A stretch of DNA of 32,000 bases from Blochmannia endosymbiont of Camponotus modoc (GTDB lineage: Bacteria > Pseudomonadota > Gammaproteobacteria > Enterobacterales > Enterobacteriaceae), in contig NZ_CP097765.1 of the NCBI RefSeq assembly GCF_023585785.1, forward strand, positions 480,001 through 512,000, written 5' to 3'. The position numbers were made by a program, and so were the translations under genes. Each line of letters begins with the position of its first letter. The first letter of the stretch is position 1. The notes beneath the pieces are model-generated. The model did no database searches, was not told the DNA's origin, and saw nothing but the letters and a program-made list of their open reading frames with translations. Below, one piece after another: positions 30,964 through 32,000 of the stretch.

Positions 30964-31989
30964 TTATAATAATTGCTTTATTCGTGGAAGATCTTCTAAT
31001 GACCAGCGTGGTCTTACTAAAATTGATAAATCACTAAATAATCCAGCCTTTAATCTAATTAATCCAGCGTAAGCCACCATTGCGCCATTATCTGTACAAA
31101 ACTCCGGTCTAGGATAAAACAAGCTTCCTTGTAAGGTATACATCATCTTCAAAAGATACGATCTTAACGCGTGGTTAGCGCTAACACCTCCAGATATCAC
31201 TAAACATTTTAATCCGGTTTGATTCAAGGCACGGCGACATTTGATTGCTAATGTTTCAATAATTGCATCTTCAAACGCACGTGCAATATCAGCACAAGTT
31301 TGAGCATCATGAGAATTTGACATAATAGTATTTACAGTAAAAGTTTTTAAACCAGAAAAACTAAAATTCAAACCGGGGCGATCAGTCATAGGACGAGGAA
31401 ATACATAACGCTTCGAAATACCCTGTTGAGCCATTTTTGATAATAAAGCTCCTCCAGGATATTTTAATCCTAATAATATAGCAATCTTATCAAACACTTC
31501 TCCAACAGCATCATCAATAGATTCTCCTAATATTTTATATTCCCCTATATTGCTTGCAGACACAAGTTGAGTGTGTCCGCCGGATACTAATAATGCTATA
31601 AATGGAAAAGTAGGAACTTTTTTTTCTAACATTGGCGCTAATAAATGAGCTTCCATATGATGAATATCGATAGCGGGTATTTTCCAAGCATACGCAAGTG
31701 TTCTCCCAACAGTTGCTCCGACCAATAAGGCACCCATCAATCCAGGTCCAGCAGTGTATGCTATTCCATCGATATTTTTTGGCTCTAAACGAGCTCGATC
31801 TAGTGTACATAAAATTAAAGGAACTATTTTTCGTACATGATCACGAGCAGCTAATTCAGGAACAACCCCGCCATAATTAGCATGCAATTCATTTTGACTA
31901 TATACTTCATTAACTAATAATCCCTTATGTTGATCATAAATTGCTACACCTGTTTCATCACATGAAGTTTCAATACCTAAAACACGCAT
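30964..31989 (-). CDS. tsaD: tRNA N6-adenosine threonylcarbamoyltransferase TsaD (Gcp)
   Basis: 341-aa [31 protein letters not shown] and LVSGGHTQL are colinear with E. coli TsaD. Confidence 0.96.
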   Translation of the reverse strand: MRVLGIETSCDETGVAIYDQHKGLLVNEVYSQNELHANYGGVVPELAARDHVRKIVPLILCTLDRARLEPKNIDGIAYTAGPGLMGALLVGATVGRTLAYAWKIPAIDIHHMEAHLLAPMLEKKVPTFPFIALLVSGGHTQLVSASNIGEYKILGESIDDAVGEVFDKIAILLGLKYPGGALLSKMAQQGISKRYVFPRPMTDRPGLNFSFSGLKTFTVNTIMSNSHDAQTCADIARAFEDAIIETLAIKCRRALNQTGLKCLVISGGVSANHALRSYLLKMMYTLQGSLFYPRPEFCTDNGAMVAYAGLIRLKAGLFSDLSILVRPRWSLEDLPRIKQLL

Positions 31990-32000
31990 ATAATACCCCA

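Overview
This window is strongly AT-rich, gene-dense and contains only housekeeping genes. It looks like the chromosome of a reduced-genome gammaproteobacterial (Enterobacterales-derived) insect endosymbiont. Blochmannia-like is my best guess, but that is inference only. I can place 27 protein genes (one partial) and 2 tRNAs, all with clear E. coli orthologues recognised by eye.

Gene order matches two E. coli K-12 neighbourhoods fused together. The first is rpsF-rlmB-purA-hflC/K/X-hfq-miaA-amiB-tsaE-tRNAGly-orn-psd-mscM-efp-groEL/ES-cutA-tRNAPhe. The second is metC-plsC-ribB-hldE-cca-uppP-folB-plsY-tsaD. Many genes that separate these in E. coli are missing (rnr, mutL, queG/nnr, rsgA, epmB, aspA/dcuA, dsbD, glnE and others).

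I see no transposase, integrase, phage, CRISPR, toxin-antitoxin or defence-type genes. Every long ORF that is not antisense to a recognisable gene is itself a recognisable housekeeping gene. I therefore do NOT find a novel multi-gene system, and I say so plainly.

The items worth a second look are non-coding or fine-scale:
- A perfect 78-bp palindrome between groEL and efp.
- An orphan, perfect 18-bp-stem hairpin with a T-tract inside a 1.55-kb gene-free stretch at the tRNA-Phe/metC synteny junction.
- An FMN-riboswitch-like remnant plus a 24-bp palindrome in the ribB leader.
- An unexplained GC-rich island downstream of hldE.
- A probable ATT start codon for miaA.
- A textbook sigma-32 promoter for groES-groEL.
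- A cca gene whose HD-domain histidines are substituted, in a genome where tRNA-Phe does not encode its CCA end.
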